Assembly (NCBI GenBank): GCA_051313645.2
Contig: JBNRSN020000354.1
Span: 1 to 64,000, forward strand
Direction: 5' to 3'
DNA length: 64,000 bases
DNA from: Centroscyllium fabricii
Taxonomy: Eukaryota
The notes beneath the pieces were generated by a model. The model was not told the DNA's origin. It worked only from the letters and a program-made list of their open reading frames with translations, and searched no databases. Positions 24,938 through 37,255 of the stretch are shown in pieces (within the stretch, counting starts at the first letter, position 1; every line of letters begins with the position of its first letter). A program made the position numbers and the translations under genes.

Positions 24938-27830
24938 ACATACATAGAAGATAGGAGCCATTCAGCCCTTCAAGCCTGCTCCACCATTCGATGAGATCAT
25001 GGCTGATCATCCAAACTCAGTACCCCGTACCTGCCTTCTCCCCATATCCCTTGATACCTTCAGCTCGAAGAACTATATCTAACTCCTTCTTGAATATATT
25101 TAATGACTTGGCCTCCACTACATTCTGTGGTAGAGAATTCCACAGGTTCACCACTCTCTGGGTGAAGAAATTCTTCCTCATCTCTGTCCTGAATAGCCTA
25201 CCCCTTATCGTTAGACTGTGCCCCCTGGTTCTGGACTCCCCAACTATCGGGAACATTCTTCTTGCATTTAGTTTGTCCGGACCTGTCAGAATTTTATAAG
25301 TCTCGATGAGATCCCCGCTCATTCTTCTAAACTGCAGCGAGTATAAGCCTAATCGACCCAATCTCTCCTCATACATTATTCCTGCCATCCCAGGTATCAG
25401 CCTTGTGAACCTTCGCTGAACTCCTTCCATGGCAAGAACATCCTTCCTCAGATAAGGTGACCAAAACTGCACAGTACTCAAGGTGTGGTCTCACCAAGGC
25501 CCTGTACAACTGCAGCAGGACATCCTTGTTCCTGTACTCAACCCTTTCGCTATAAAGGTCAACATACCATTTGCCGCCTTCACTGCCTGCTGCACCTGCA
25601 TGCTTACCTTCAACGACTGGTGCACAAGAACACCCAGGTCTCGTTGCACTTCCCCATCTCCCAATCTATTTCCATTCAGATAATAGTCTGCCTTTCTTTT
25701 TTTGACACCAAAATGGATAACCTCGCATTTATCCACGTTGTATTGCAGCTGCCACGCTTCTGCCCAATCACCCAACCTGTCCAAATCATCCTGGAGTTTC
25801 TTGGTATCCTCCTCGCAGCACACACGCCCACCCAGCTTTGTGTCGCCTGCAAACTTGGAGATATTACATCTAGTTCCCTTATCTAGATGATTAATATATA
25901 TTGTGAATAGCTGGGGTCCAAGGACCAATCCCTGCGGTACCCCACTAGTCACTGCCTGCCACTCAGAAAAAGACCCGTTAATTCCTACTCTCTGCTTTCT
26001 GTCCACCAACCAGTTCTCTATCCAAGTCAATACCTTGCCCCCAATCCTATGTGCCCTAACTTTATATGCTAATCTCTTGTGCGGGATCTTGTCGAACGCC
26101 TTCTGAAAGTCCAAATACACCACATCTACTAGTTCTCCCTTATCTATTTTCCCTGCTGGACTCTTGGGAGCTTGCAAGATCACATTTCATTGTTCATGTA
26201 CTTGTACATTGTATAATGACAAAGTTGAATTATTATTATTATTATTAGTTACATCCTCAAAAAACTCCAGTAGATTAGTCAAGCACGATTTACCTTTTGT
26301 AAATCCATGTTGACTTTGTCCGATCCTGTCACTGTTTTCCAAGTGCTCAGCTATTACATCCTTTATAATGGACTCTAGCATTTTCCCCACTACCGATGTC
26401 AGGCTTACCGGTCTGTAATTCCCCGCTTTCTCTCTCCCAGAATAGTGGGGTAACATTAGCTACCCTCCAATCCATGGGTACAGTTCCAGATTCCAGCGAA
26501 TGTTGAAAGATGATCAGTAATGCATCTACTATTTCTAGGGCCACTTCCTTAAGTACCCTAGGATGTAGATTATCAGGCCCTGGGGAATTTATCAGCCTTT
26601 AATCTCGTCAATTTCCCTAACACCATTTCCCTATAAATACTGATTTCTTTCAGTTCCTCCCTTTCATCAGACCCTATGCGCTCCAACATCTCTGGGAGGT
26701 TATTTGTGTTCTCCTTTGTGAAGACAGAACCAAAATATGCATTTAATTGGTCTGCCATTTCTTTGTTCCCCATTATAACTTCCCCCGCTTCGGACTGCAA
26801 GGGACCCATACTTGATTTCACTAATTTTTTCTCTTCACATATCTCTTCATAAAAGCTCTTAGTCAGTTTTTATGTTCCCTGCAAGCTTACTTTCATATTC
26901 TATTTTCCCCTTCTTAATTAATTCCTTTGTTCAATCCTAAACTGCTCCCAATCCTCAGGGTTACTGCTTTTTCTGGCCAATTTATGTGCCCTCTCCTTGG
27001 ATCTTATACTAGCCCTAATTTTCCTTGTTAGCCACGGTTGAGTCACACTTTTTGTTTTATTCTTATGCCAAACTGGGATGAACAAATTCTGTAATTCATC
27101 CATGCGGTCTTTGAATGTTTGCCATTGCCCCTCCACCGTCAACCCTTTGACATTGCCCAATCGATCCTACCCAATTTGCACCTCATACCATCGTAGTTTC
27201 CTTTATTTAAATTCAGAACCCTAGTCTTCTATCATATTGTGATCGCTCTGATCCAAGGGGCCTCGTACAACACAAGATTGCTAATTAATCCTCTCATTAC
27301 ATAATACCCAGTCTAATATGGCTTGATCTCTGGTTGGTTCCTCGACATACTGTTCCAGAAAACCATCCCGTAAACATTCTAGGAATTCCTCCTCCACAGT
27401 ATTTTTACTAATTTGGCCAGCCCAATCTATATGTAAATTAAAGTCACCCATGATGACAGCTGTGCCCTTACTGCATGCTTCTCTAATTTCCCTTTTAATG
27501 CCTTCCCCAAACTCCGTATTACTGTTTGGAGGTCTATATACCACTCCCACTAACGTTTTCTGCCCCTTGATATTTCTCAGTTCTACCCATACAGATTCCG
27601 CATCAGAGTTAATATCCTTCCTTTCAATTGTGTTAATCCCCTCTTTAACCAGCAATGCTACCCCACCTCCCTTTCTTTTTTGCCTGTCCTTCCTAAATAT
27701 TAAATACCCCTGGATGTTGAGTTCCCAGCCTTGGCCAGCCTGGAGCCATGTTTCTGTAATCCCAATGAAATCATATTCGTTTACCTCTATTTCCGCAGCT
27801 AATTCGTCCACCTTGTTCCGAATGCTCCTT
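24938..27830 (-). mobile_element. CR1 LINE with near-complete but disrupted ORF2 (APE endonuclease plus RT)
   Basis: APE motifs GITETW, GVVYRPPNS, MGDFN, AILDWVL (27281-27811). RT motifs NYRPVSLTS, QHGF..KSCLTNL, YLDFQKAFD, SGVPQG.VLGPQLF, KFAGDTKL. Multiple frameshifts. Confidence 0.95.
26155..26246 (+). mobile_element. Short non-LTR 3'-tail insertion with (TAT)n tail inside the CR1
   Basis: It interrupts CR1 RT between FFEDVT and KIDKGELVD, and ends GTATAATGACAAAGTTGAATTATTATTATT. Confidence 0.55.
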
Positions 27831-28347
27831 AAGACACAAAGCCTTCAGGCTTGTTTTTTTCACGCTCTCAGACCTATCTGAATTATTATTTACTGTTAAG
27901 CTGAGGCCCCATCTGCTCCCTCAGGTGGATGTAAAAGATCCTATGGCACTGTTTGAAAGATCAGGAGGGGGGGCGGGGTTCTCCCTGGTGTCCTATTTAT
28001 CCCTCAATCAACATCACTAAAACAGATTATCTGGTCATTATCACATTGTGGCAAATTGGCTGCTGCTTTTCCTTATTTACAACAATGACTACACTTCAAA
28101 AGTACTTCATTGGCTGTAAAGCGCTTTGTGACGTCCAGTGGTCGTGAAAGGTGCTATATAAATGCAAGTCTTTCTTTAGAAGTTGAACTGACTTTGTATT
28201 CCTTCTAAAAGGCTTGGGCACTGACACCTGTCCCAATTCACATTAACTGGGCTTTCAAACATACAGAATCTCAGGGTGGGGTCTGTGCCACCTTCACTTC
28301 AGTCAACTGTGAGAAATGAAAGTCTATTAAAAATATTTAATGACACC

Positions 28348-28353
28348 TTTATT
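28348..28353 (-). terminator. Candidate distal poly(A) signal AATAAA of the CERS transcript (another at 28497-28502)
   Basis: TTTATT on +, followed on - by U-rich sequence, at the boundary between a unique AT-rich region and the repeat-dense intergenic region. Confidence 0.4.
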
Positions 28354-30576
28354 GCAGTGTATCCAGTAAAAAACACATTGAATTAACAAGAACAAACAGA
28401 AGAACCTCCACTGACACATCCACAGCTTGTCATCCTGCAAACATTAGTCTGTATTGACAGAAATTTTGGTGCATTGATTTAAAAAGCAAGACAAAGTTTA
28501 TTTTGGTTGTCCTCCCCTAAATCATTCCCGTTGCTCAAGCCGCTCAGATCTAATCACTGGGATGTTTGTGGCTCAGTGTTGCCTCCTTCTGGGACAATGA
28601 GCCTCCTCTCTCTGCTTTCCATCTTGAAAAACTCAGCCATCACCCTGCAGGGTTTGTCTGAAAAAAGCACAATAAAGCTGCAACGTAACATTCGACAGTA
28701 ATAACAGTTCAACATGAAAATAAACCGAAATGGGGGGGGGGTGCCTCATCCAACAAAACAATCTTGAAAGACAAAGCCCCATTGGCATTCCCCCATGCAT
28801 CAGTTCAGGCACCCATTCTAGTCAGTCACTTTAAACTGTCCAACAGCAAGATAGGAGTCTCACCCAAAGATGATTTCTGGATGCCTCCCAATAATTAGCA
28901 CCTCCCCATAAAAAGCAAATTCTCCAGGATGTCTGTTTTGATGACTCCAGGGTGGTGGTGGGTGTTGTTCTCTTCCTTCCTTCCTTCTCTTCCCCCCCAA
29001 GGTGACAATTCTCACTAGGGTACAGTTTCACGCAATGTACCCACCCTCCAGTACCTCACACAAGTCGCCATTCTTCACGCGCAGTAATTTCCAACTGGGC
29101 TCGAAGGTTAATCAAGTGGAAACACTGGCTGTGTTCCTCGACCTCCTTCATAGGCCAGAAGACAGCAGTTGTAGTGCACCCCCCCTCCCCCAATAACAAG
29201 ATCAGCAAACTCACCACCGACCAATGATTGAACCTGGGATCTTCCTGGTCTGTGTCGCAGTTCCACACCAGGTAGTAATGTCACCAACTAAGTCATTAGG
29301 GTTTCTTTTTATTTAAGAAAAGGACATAATCAGCACATTTCATTGGTTCATTCCATTTTGGATCAATTTGTTTTCAAAAAATTTTTTTCTGGCACTGCAG
29401 ACTTGAGTGGGGAGTCATTGATGCCATAATACCGGCACTAAAGAATAAACGATTAGAACATAATTGCTGCGAGTTTATTCAGTGCTAAACCACAGTTAAC
29501 TACCATGAAACAGCACAGCCAGAATCATAACAAACTATCAACAGGAGGTAAATATTATACATCATGTACAGTTATCTCTCAAATAACTTTACACATTCCA
29601 TGACTGGTCCGGTGTGGCATTCCGAAATTTAAAGAGAGATCAGTCCATTCAATAGAATGATGTAAATTGCAAATCTTTTAATAAAGTAAGCAATGTTACA
29701 TAGACAAAGTCACTATTCAAAATTCTATCCAGTTTGCAATTTTGAAATCAATGCCACTGTATTTCAGTGATTGCCAGCACAGCCAGAGGATCCATTAACC
29801 CCGGCCCAGCTTTTCCAGCCTGCACAGCGAGCATCTGAATCAAATTCATTATACATCGAATAATGACTTGGATGTCTACAGGCTCTTCACATTGGTATCT
29901 GTGCCAGTGTGGGCACAAGAGTAGCACAGCACGAGTGCTGGGTCATGCCCAGAACTAAAACAATGGCTCGAGTGAATTCCTGGAACAACAATGACTTTGT
30001 AGAATACATAAGGGGTACTTTTTCCCCCTTCCTAACCCCACAAGCTAAAGAAAAACCAACGGAAGTCACACCCTGGATGAGTTGACCAGACAGTGAGCCA
30101 GAGAGTGGTAATCAAGTGGCATGTAGTAACAGATACCAAAATTAAAGAATAAAAGTGAACATATTCTGTCACACAATCATGCCAGTGACAAGGGCATCGT
30201 GTTCAAAGGGTGCGAAGGAAACTTTAGACTGTACAATGCAGTGAGTAGCTCAGTATTTCACTGTAAACTTTAAAAATATCCTCATAATACTTGATCAGTC
30301 ATGTTTGTGATGCAATAACCAATGTGCATCTGCTTAAGTCACAAAACACACCTATATACACTTGCTGACATCATTCATGTCTGTGAACTTGGCTAATCCT
30401 CCATACAATGAGTGTGTAAGTTAAGGTCATAGGAATTTCCTAGTATTCAAACATAAATAGACACACACACACACGATAAATGGTTGGTGGAGAGTTACAA
30501 GACTAAAGTTCAAGCAATGTGGCTCAGGTGAAGTCCGAAACTACAAGAGTGAAGGGAGACAGTAATTCAGACATGG

Positions 30577-30789
30577 AGTAAAAAACAAAATGCTGGAAAT
30601 CCTCAGCAGGTCAGGCAGCATCTGTGGAGAAAGAAAAAGATAACGTTTCAGCTCGATGACCAGCCCTGATCGACCCGAAACGTTAACTCGGTTTATCTCT
30701 CCACAGATGCTGCCTGACCTGCTGAGTATCTCCAGCAGTTTCTGTTTTTATTTCAGATTTCCAGCATCCGCAGTATCTTGCTTTTGTAT
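30577..30789. mobile_element. Fold-back (inverted) Penelope-terminus element with 14-bp TSD
   Basis: Arms AAAATGCTGGAAATCCTCAGCAGGTCAGGCAGCATCTGTGGAGA / TCTCCACAGATGCTGCCTGACCTGCTGAGTATCTCCAGCA. TSD TAATTCAGACWTGG at 30563-30576 and 30790-30803. Confidence 0.85.
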
Positions 30790-31117
30790 TAATTCAGACT
30801 TGGGCTTCCCTCCCGGTCCCCTTCGATTAGCAGAACTCCGATTTAATTATTTCCTTAAGCTCAGACATTTTACTTTTACAATAGTCAGCAGTTTAATAAA
30901 AATACAAAGAATGTAATGAGAACCATAGAGGCTGAAAGGGTACAAAAAAAAGTGAAAGACACACACTGAATGTTATAGCACCACCTGACTCCTACTGCAA
31001 TACCACTCCCCTCCCTTGTACAACTCAGTAACATTCTGTACATACATTATAAAAAGAGATAGAAGGAATTTGACAGGAATTTTGAGGGGAGGGAAAAGGA
31101 AAAAAGGTATTCAAGTA

Positions 31118-31270
31118 CAGGTTGAGCACCGTTAATCCGGACACCGTTAATCCGGCGACTTCAGTCGTCCGGAATAAATCCGGCCGACTGATCTGCGCAT
31201 GCGTAAAATGGCCACCACGCTTGGCTGCACATGCCCGGGCCTTCCCGAACGATGAGTGCATGCGCAGACC
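31118..31270 (+). mobile_element. One end of a Tc1/mariner (Tigger-like) DNA transposon
   Basis: TA|CAGGTTGAGCACCGTTAATCCGG, matching the TIR of the element at 49975-50542. The other end was not found. Confidence 0.65.
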
Positions 31271-31879
31271 ACAACACTAATCTTAAGAACCTTTTATCTT
31301 GATTGCCATTGTAGTTACTAGGCATATTTAGCAATTGATACCAAGGCGTTTATAGGGCTGCAAAACATGTACATAACCCAATATGCTTTTAAGGTTATAC
31401 TTCCAGTATGCTCACAGTGCATCATCTCTCATTGATTCCACTATTATCGTCACCATATGGGCCAGTACTTCACCTTGGTGTTGTATAGCTGAAAATGCTT
31501 ATTCTAGATGCAACTCTATAGTTTGGAAAGACAAAATTAAAAATTCTACTGGATATTTTTTGGACATAGTAGAAAAATTTTGTGCCAACCATTACGCTTC
31601 ACAAAATCTAGTGACAGCACTGGCTGTCTGAGATTGCTATTGGGGATGTTAAAACTAAAGTTTCCTCCCAACCCACAAAAGGTGTGGCATCTGGCCACAT
31701 AGTTTGTTAGCTTTCAACTTTGAAACTGAGGCAAGATGCACTTACAATGGAACAGAATTACTTTCTCTAAATTTTAAAAGTCTACCTTGGTATTGTCCCG
31801 AACGATCCTGGGCCTCCCCGAACGATGAGCACATGGGCAGACCATTCAAAATGGCCACCAGCGTTCTTTACGTCAGTCT

Positions 31880-32010
31880 CTCTTTCACCTGACGATGGGG
31901 CAGAAGCTCCGAAAGCTTGTGATTTAAAATAAAACTGTTGGACTATAACCTGGTGTTGTGTGACTTCTTGCATTTGTCCACCCCAGTCCAACACCGTGCA
32001 CCTCCACATT
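31880..32010 (+). mobile_element. Second-family Penelope terminal fragment
   Basis: CACCTGACGA..CTCCGAAAGCTTGTG..AAATAAAACTGTTGGACTATAACCTGGTGTTGTGTGA..CCCCAGTCCAACACC, recalled as a common shark PLE end. Confidence 0.7.
31885..31922 (+). ncRNA. Minimal type I hammerhead ribozyme motif
   Basis: UCAC-CUGACGA-U-GGGGC-AGAA-GCUCC-GAAAGCUU-GUGA: stem I UCAC/GUGA, core, 5-bp stem II, palindromic AGCU stem III. Confidence 0.72.
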
Positions 32011-32389
32011 ATGCTTCGAATTAGACCAGGGATACATCCTCTCATTGGGTCTTCTCTAGCTAGACAAAAAAAGCCTGACAATGCAGGTTCCTACTAGGCT
32101 GCTTTTGCACGGATAAAAAAAAATCGTGTGCAGGCAGGATATATACCAAATTTAGAAGTATTTCGAGGAGTACTTCACAAAGTACTTTCTGCTCTCCCCC
32201 AGAATAACATTCCCCTTTAAAGATACAAACACAGTCCATGCCTTTGGGCGACTTGTGCAACATTTCTGCTGGCCATAGATCTACCGATCCCACTTCAGCA
32301 GACTGGTGTGGTTTGCAACGATTCAGTTTTGGTGATGGCACTTTCACCAGTGCCGATGGAGAATATTAAAATGTAGAATGTGTACAAAA

Positions 32390-32500
32390 ACCAAGGTGGC
32401 AGATTATTATCTGAATGGCAATAGATTGGGAGATGGGGAAGTGCAACGAGACCTGGGTGTTCTTAGCCTGCTCCTGCTCCTATCTTCTATGTTTCTAGCT
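32390..32500 (+). mobile_element. Small CR1 fragment (internal RT piece fused to 3' tail)
   Basis: [22 protein letters not shown] is joined directly to CCTGCTCCTATCTTCTATGTTTCTA. Confidence 0.75.
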
Positions 32501-35500
32501 CGAGCCTCAGTACGTCGTGACAGAATTCAAAATGCCCCCAACTACACTTATGGTCTCGTAACTCGCTTCCCACCTCTCCAGTAAGCTATTCACGAACCGG
32601 CCTCGCAGCATCACTTCCAGTTACAGTTCAAGATAAACCAGAGTGTGGGGTTTGCTACAATATAGCCCAGAGAGAGATGCTACAACTATACCATACCGCT
32701 GATTTCATAAATCTGAAAAGGAGGGCAGGGGAGGCGATTATGGAATCTCAACATTATGGGGGGCTGTATATTTCAGGGAACCTCTGTCCTTTACAGTGTA
32801 TTCATTTTATACCCCATGTATTGAAGATTAAAATTATTTAAGAACCATTTTGTGACACTTGCAAACCTGGTTGGGAGAAGGCCATGCCATGTGAGAAAAA
32901 GAAAAAGAATCCCCTAGGATACATGGCGGGGGAAGGGCTGATTAGAACATGTAATTTAAGAATCGTGTGTTCAGGACAAGACCATTTAAAGTGTAGCCTT
33001 AACAAATAGAAATGGAAGTAGAACCAGTGGACAGCACCAAGTTCTGGCCAAGCCTCACATGGATCTCCCACAATCTCCTGCAGGTCAGCAAGAGCAATGG
33101 CAGATGGGAAGGATTTTTAGGCAGATTCGAAAAAGAATTGTTTTGTGGGTCAAACAGTATGGAGCTCACTCCAGTCTCATTTTCTGTAGAAAAAAAGGAA
33201 AAGTCCTTTGAAGCGTTCAGACTGGCACCCGTACGATCATTCCACGTTAGGGACCTTTCAACAGACTTCAGATTCCAGGAATCAACACAAACTGGACACA
33301 GAGGTCACATCCTTAAAGAAGGCACCTCGGCCTGCAGGGTTTAAATGTAGCACAAGCCACTCAAGACAAATTTGACTTGCAAACAACATTCTCTCTCTTT
33401 CTCAATGTATAAATCCATCGTTGCTGCATAAACTGCTCAGTTTTAGACCAACATTCTAACCCACATAATTTAAAAAATAAAATCCCTCCCCGCACCCCTT
33501 CTACAACCTCAAGAACCTAATAGCCAGATCACTGTGTTAACAGGGTCTCGGTGCTTTAACAGTCCAAGTCTCCAGATCAGGTAGTATCGGTGAGTTACAC
33601 TGCTTGTTACAATAAAGAGTGTGTGGGTGCGAGCGATTACAATGAAATCTTCAGCCCTGAACTCGAATGACATGGTTTACAAGAAAATAGCGAGGGCTTC
33701 AGATTACTTAAGAAATATGGATGATTATATCCTTTTAATAAACTTCAGTACTTAACTGTGCCAATTTAATTCAGACTTTTACCCTGCTCTTTGCCACAGA
33801 CCTATTTTTAGACACAGTAATGCACAGCACCAGGTTGGAGATTCAATCCACCAGCCAGCCATCATCAATTTGAGCTGCCAGGCAAGAAGTCATCAGGCTG
33901 TGGTGTCACCGTGTCTGGTGTGGGGAGGGAAGAGGTGTATAGGGGCAGTACCCTATACCTCTGAGTAGCTAATGACATTGGTGGAGGTCTGCAAACAAAG
34001 TTACTCAAAAAATCTCCCGTTTCCAAATGAATGATGGGACTGGGGAGGGAAGAGGAGACAGACAAAACGGAGTGAGAGAGGTAAGCAACAATCCTTTAAC
34101 TCAGAACATTTCAGACACCATCCATCTTGGTTAACTGACCCATTGCTTGAACAACGTGGACACTACATTTGGACATAAGTCATGTTTATATTGTGTTATC
34201 CTGTGCTTTAAAAATAAAGATCAATCTAACTTAATAGCAGTGCAGGGGAGATCATTACTGAGCAAGTGCCCGCACCAAAACCCTGACAAACCATCTACAA
34301 CACTGTTGGTGCAGGTGACTTCATTAGTGTCCTGGCCCTGTACATTAGCTGTGCTACTGGCCAGCGTTAAATCATGCAATCAAACACTCCGTTAGTGAAC
34401 AAGATGTATCTGTTACCATCAAGTATGTTCTGACCAACACTTTACCAGCGCGAAAACAAAGCTTGGTTCAGATCGAACCCTCAGACAGATGAAGGTTTTC
34501 TCTGACAACAACAAAAGAAGTCTTCAGAGGATCGAGGTCGGTGCTGAGTTAGCAGATTAGCAGAGTGTGGGGGAGATATCTGGGAGTGAGTTACACACAG
34601 AATCAGGGATATACACGACACTGCAACTGGCTTCAGTTTCCAGGCTAGAGGGAGAAAGAAGGTTCCCTGTTCCTAACTGCTCTTCCAGTGACCCCTGCAT
34701 GTGGACAGCAGGCGAGGTCAAAGTTGGTTGGGGGGAGGGGAGAGGGGCGATAGAGCAATGCAGCCGAACCAGAGGTCCAGAAAAGAAACGGGTCTACTTA
34801 GGCGACACACACAAAGGCTGTTGGCACCCGTGGAACAGTGCCCCCAGCAAGAGCCAGCAGCGTCAGGAGAGAACAAATCGGTGAGGGGGGGGGGGGAAAG
34901 TGATGAAACAATGGACGTGGAAGGTTGCTCCAAATGTCAGCTACAGCCTGACCATCTGACCATTTGAACTTTGGCCTCAGCCCTCCCCAAAACACAGCGT
35001 CATTGCCAGGAGTTGCGGGCGCAATCACGCTCACCCTCCCGTTCTCTCAGCTGCAGCCCGACAGAATGGCTTTGGAGGGGAGGGGGGAAATAAAAGGAGG
35101 ATTTTAGTCTCCCGTAAAACTTTAAAATTTGAAGAGGAAAAAAATCTAAAGAAGCTTAAGGCTGCGAGGGTGGGCCGTGGACAACAGATTCAAAAATCCT
35201 GGGCTTCCAGAGCCCGACTGAATTAAAAAAAACACAACAAAAATACACCAAATGACATAGTATTGTGAATTTGCTTTACATCAATATAATCAATGTCTTT
35301 AAAATTAAAAAAAATTCAAGGCTCAGAAATTCAACTCACTGAAACATCTCCCTTGAACCAGTATTTACACAGGCCCCCTCAGGTATACCACTAGGATCTC
35401 CACAGAACCATCATAGGGAAAGACAATTTGTTTTTTCCTTTCAAGAAAACAGTTTGCGTAGCTGAAACTACTGCACAAAAAATTGAAATTTTTGTTTAAG

Positions 35501-37093
35501 CTTAAAAATGACAAACTCTGCAACTTGTAAACAAACCCTTTCGGAACGGTTTCCACACAAATTCTCGTTCGAGACAACCTTCGTGGAGCGAGACCCGTTA
35601 ACAGCTATTGCAGGAAATCTGGAAAAGTTTAAAAGTAGTCTCATTTCCAGGGTTCAGTGAGCCCCAGCAACAGATTAAAGAATCGCCCAACACTGTCTCT
35701 AAAAAATCAGAGACATTTGGGTGGATTACTTTGCAAGGCAATTTAAAAAAAAATCAACATAATTAAAAAGAAACAATTTAGTCCAACTAATTGAGCTTTA
35801 ATTTGACTGGAACCTAACCAGCCTCCCCCCAAAAAATGACAATTAAATGGCGGAGCAGGACCGAGGGGCCGTATGGCCTACTCCCGCCCCTACTTATGTT
35901 CTTAATCTCTGCTTTCCGACAAGAAGAGGGATAAAACAATGTAGGGCCTTTATAACTTTCTAACCTTGAGTCATCACTGGGTGGGGGGAGGGATTTAGTT
36001 TTCAATCCTTCCCCATCAATAAAAACTAAACTAAAACATTTACTTCAGAGGCTCGCCTCCTTTTGCTCCTCAAAACTGAAAGGGATTGTCATCAGCACTT
36101 CAATCTACTGCCGTAACACAAAGACGGCCAGCTTCCGCTCACAAATGGCTAAATGAAGACCATCTGGAAGTTGCCCGCTGTCGACTGCCTGATTTCAGCA
36201 ATGTAGTAAGCTGCAAACCAGCTCGTTAACAAATGGAATTACTTTGGATTAAACAGCAATAAATGAACTGACCACTCAAAATACCATATAGAGGCTAACG
36301 GGGAAACTCCCTCCTTCAACATCCAATTTCTAAAGAGGGTTTACAACACACACACACACTCAGCTACTCACTAGAACCTAGTGTTTTAATACAAAGCTGT
36401 GCTTCAATACTTGGGTCAACAGTGGAATGACACCACAAAAATGGCAATTTGGAACCTTGCCCACAACTCCTGATTCTTTGGGTTTACAGATTACTCAATG
36501 CCTTTTATATAAAATACCCAACATGGTGAGGATTCAAACACTAAATGAGAGTTCTCCCATCTGAAGTTACCTGCTTTACTCCTTCAATGAATTTGAATCC
36601 CCACCACTACCCCCCCCACCCAAGACTGATTACACAATCCTCTTGGTTTTAGCGGTCTTCCATCTCGCTTTGCTGTTGCGCCAACGAATCACAAAATATA
36701 GGACGAGGAAACACGACAATAACACAGGCCTGAAATGTAAACCACACCTTTAGCAATTCGACAAATTGCACAAAACCCATTTAAAGCACTGCAAGGTTGT
36801 TAAATGGAATCGGATGGGTCCAGAGAATCCACAGTCCAGCTCCATCCGTTCCCATTCAAAGCCGCACTTCAATTTCTCATATTGCTAAAGCACATAGAAC
36901 AAACAAAAAGAAAAATGCCTGTGTGCTTTGCAGGTGCAGGTTACTGAGCAGGCAGGCCATCTCAGATCCCATGCAGCAACACCCAGTTTATTTTTGTTGT
37001 TATTTTTTTTTAAACTGTCCAGTGCTCGGTTGTTTTTCATAAGGTTGTCCTGTCTGTGCCTAACCCACGTTACACAGTTCACGGAGGCAGCAT

Positions 37094-37255
37094 CTAATGG
37101 TCCCCCGCCCATGTTCCAGTGGTTAGGTGCCCGTTGGTCCCGTTCGTGCTGTTGGCACCTTTGGAGGGACTGTGGTGATGGAGTTTTGTGCCGTTAGTTA
37201 TGGAATCGTCATCATCGGAGCTGCTCTCAATGTCACTGCGATCATCCTTAGAGAC
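37094..37255 (-). CDS. CERS5: Ceramide synthase (CERS5/6 type) last coding exon: VSKDDRSDIESSSDDDDSITNGTKLHHHSPSKGANSTNGTNGHLTTGTWAGDH*
   Basis: Acceptor TTTTTCTCTTCAATCCAG, phase 0, 162 nt ending in TAG. VSKDDRSD(I/V)ESSS is diagnostic of CERS5/6; adjacency to COX14 favours CERS5. Confidence 0.9.
   Translation of the reverse strand, partial: VSKDDRSDIESSSDDDDSITNGTKLHHHSPSKGANSTNGTNGHLTTGTWAGDH

Larger units (their letters stand above)
24788..28177 (+). mobile_element. DeuSINE (SacSINE1-like) split into 24788-24937 and 27894-28177 by a CR1 insertion
   Basis: tRNA-like head GGCTCAGTGGGTAGCACTCTCACCT..AGAAGGTTGTGGGCTCAAGTCCCACTCC. The Deu-like core GTCTTTCGGATGAGA is continued after the LINE by TGTTAAGCTGAGGCCCC..GGATGTAAAAGATCC..TATATAAATGCAAGTCTTTCTTT. 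Family recognised from memory. Confidence 0.75.
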
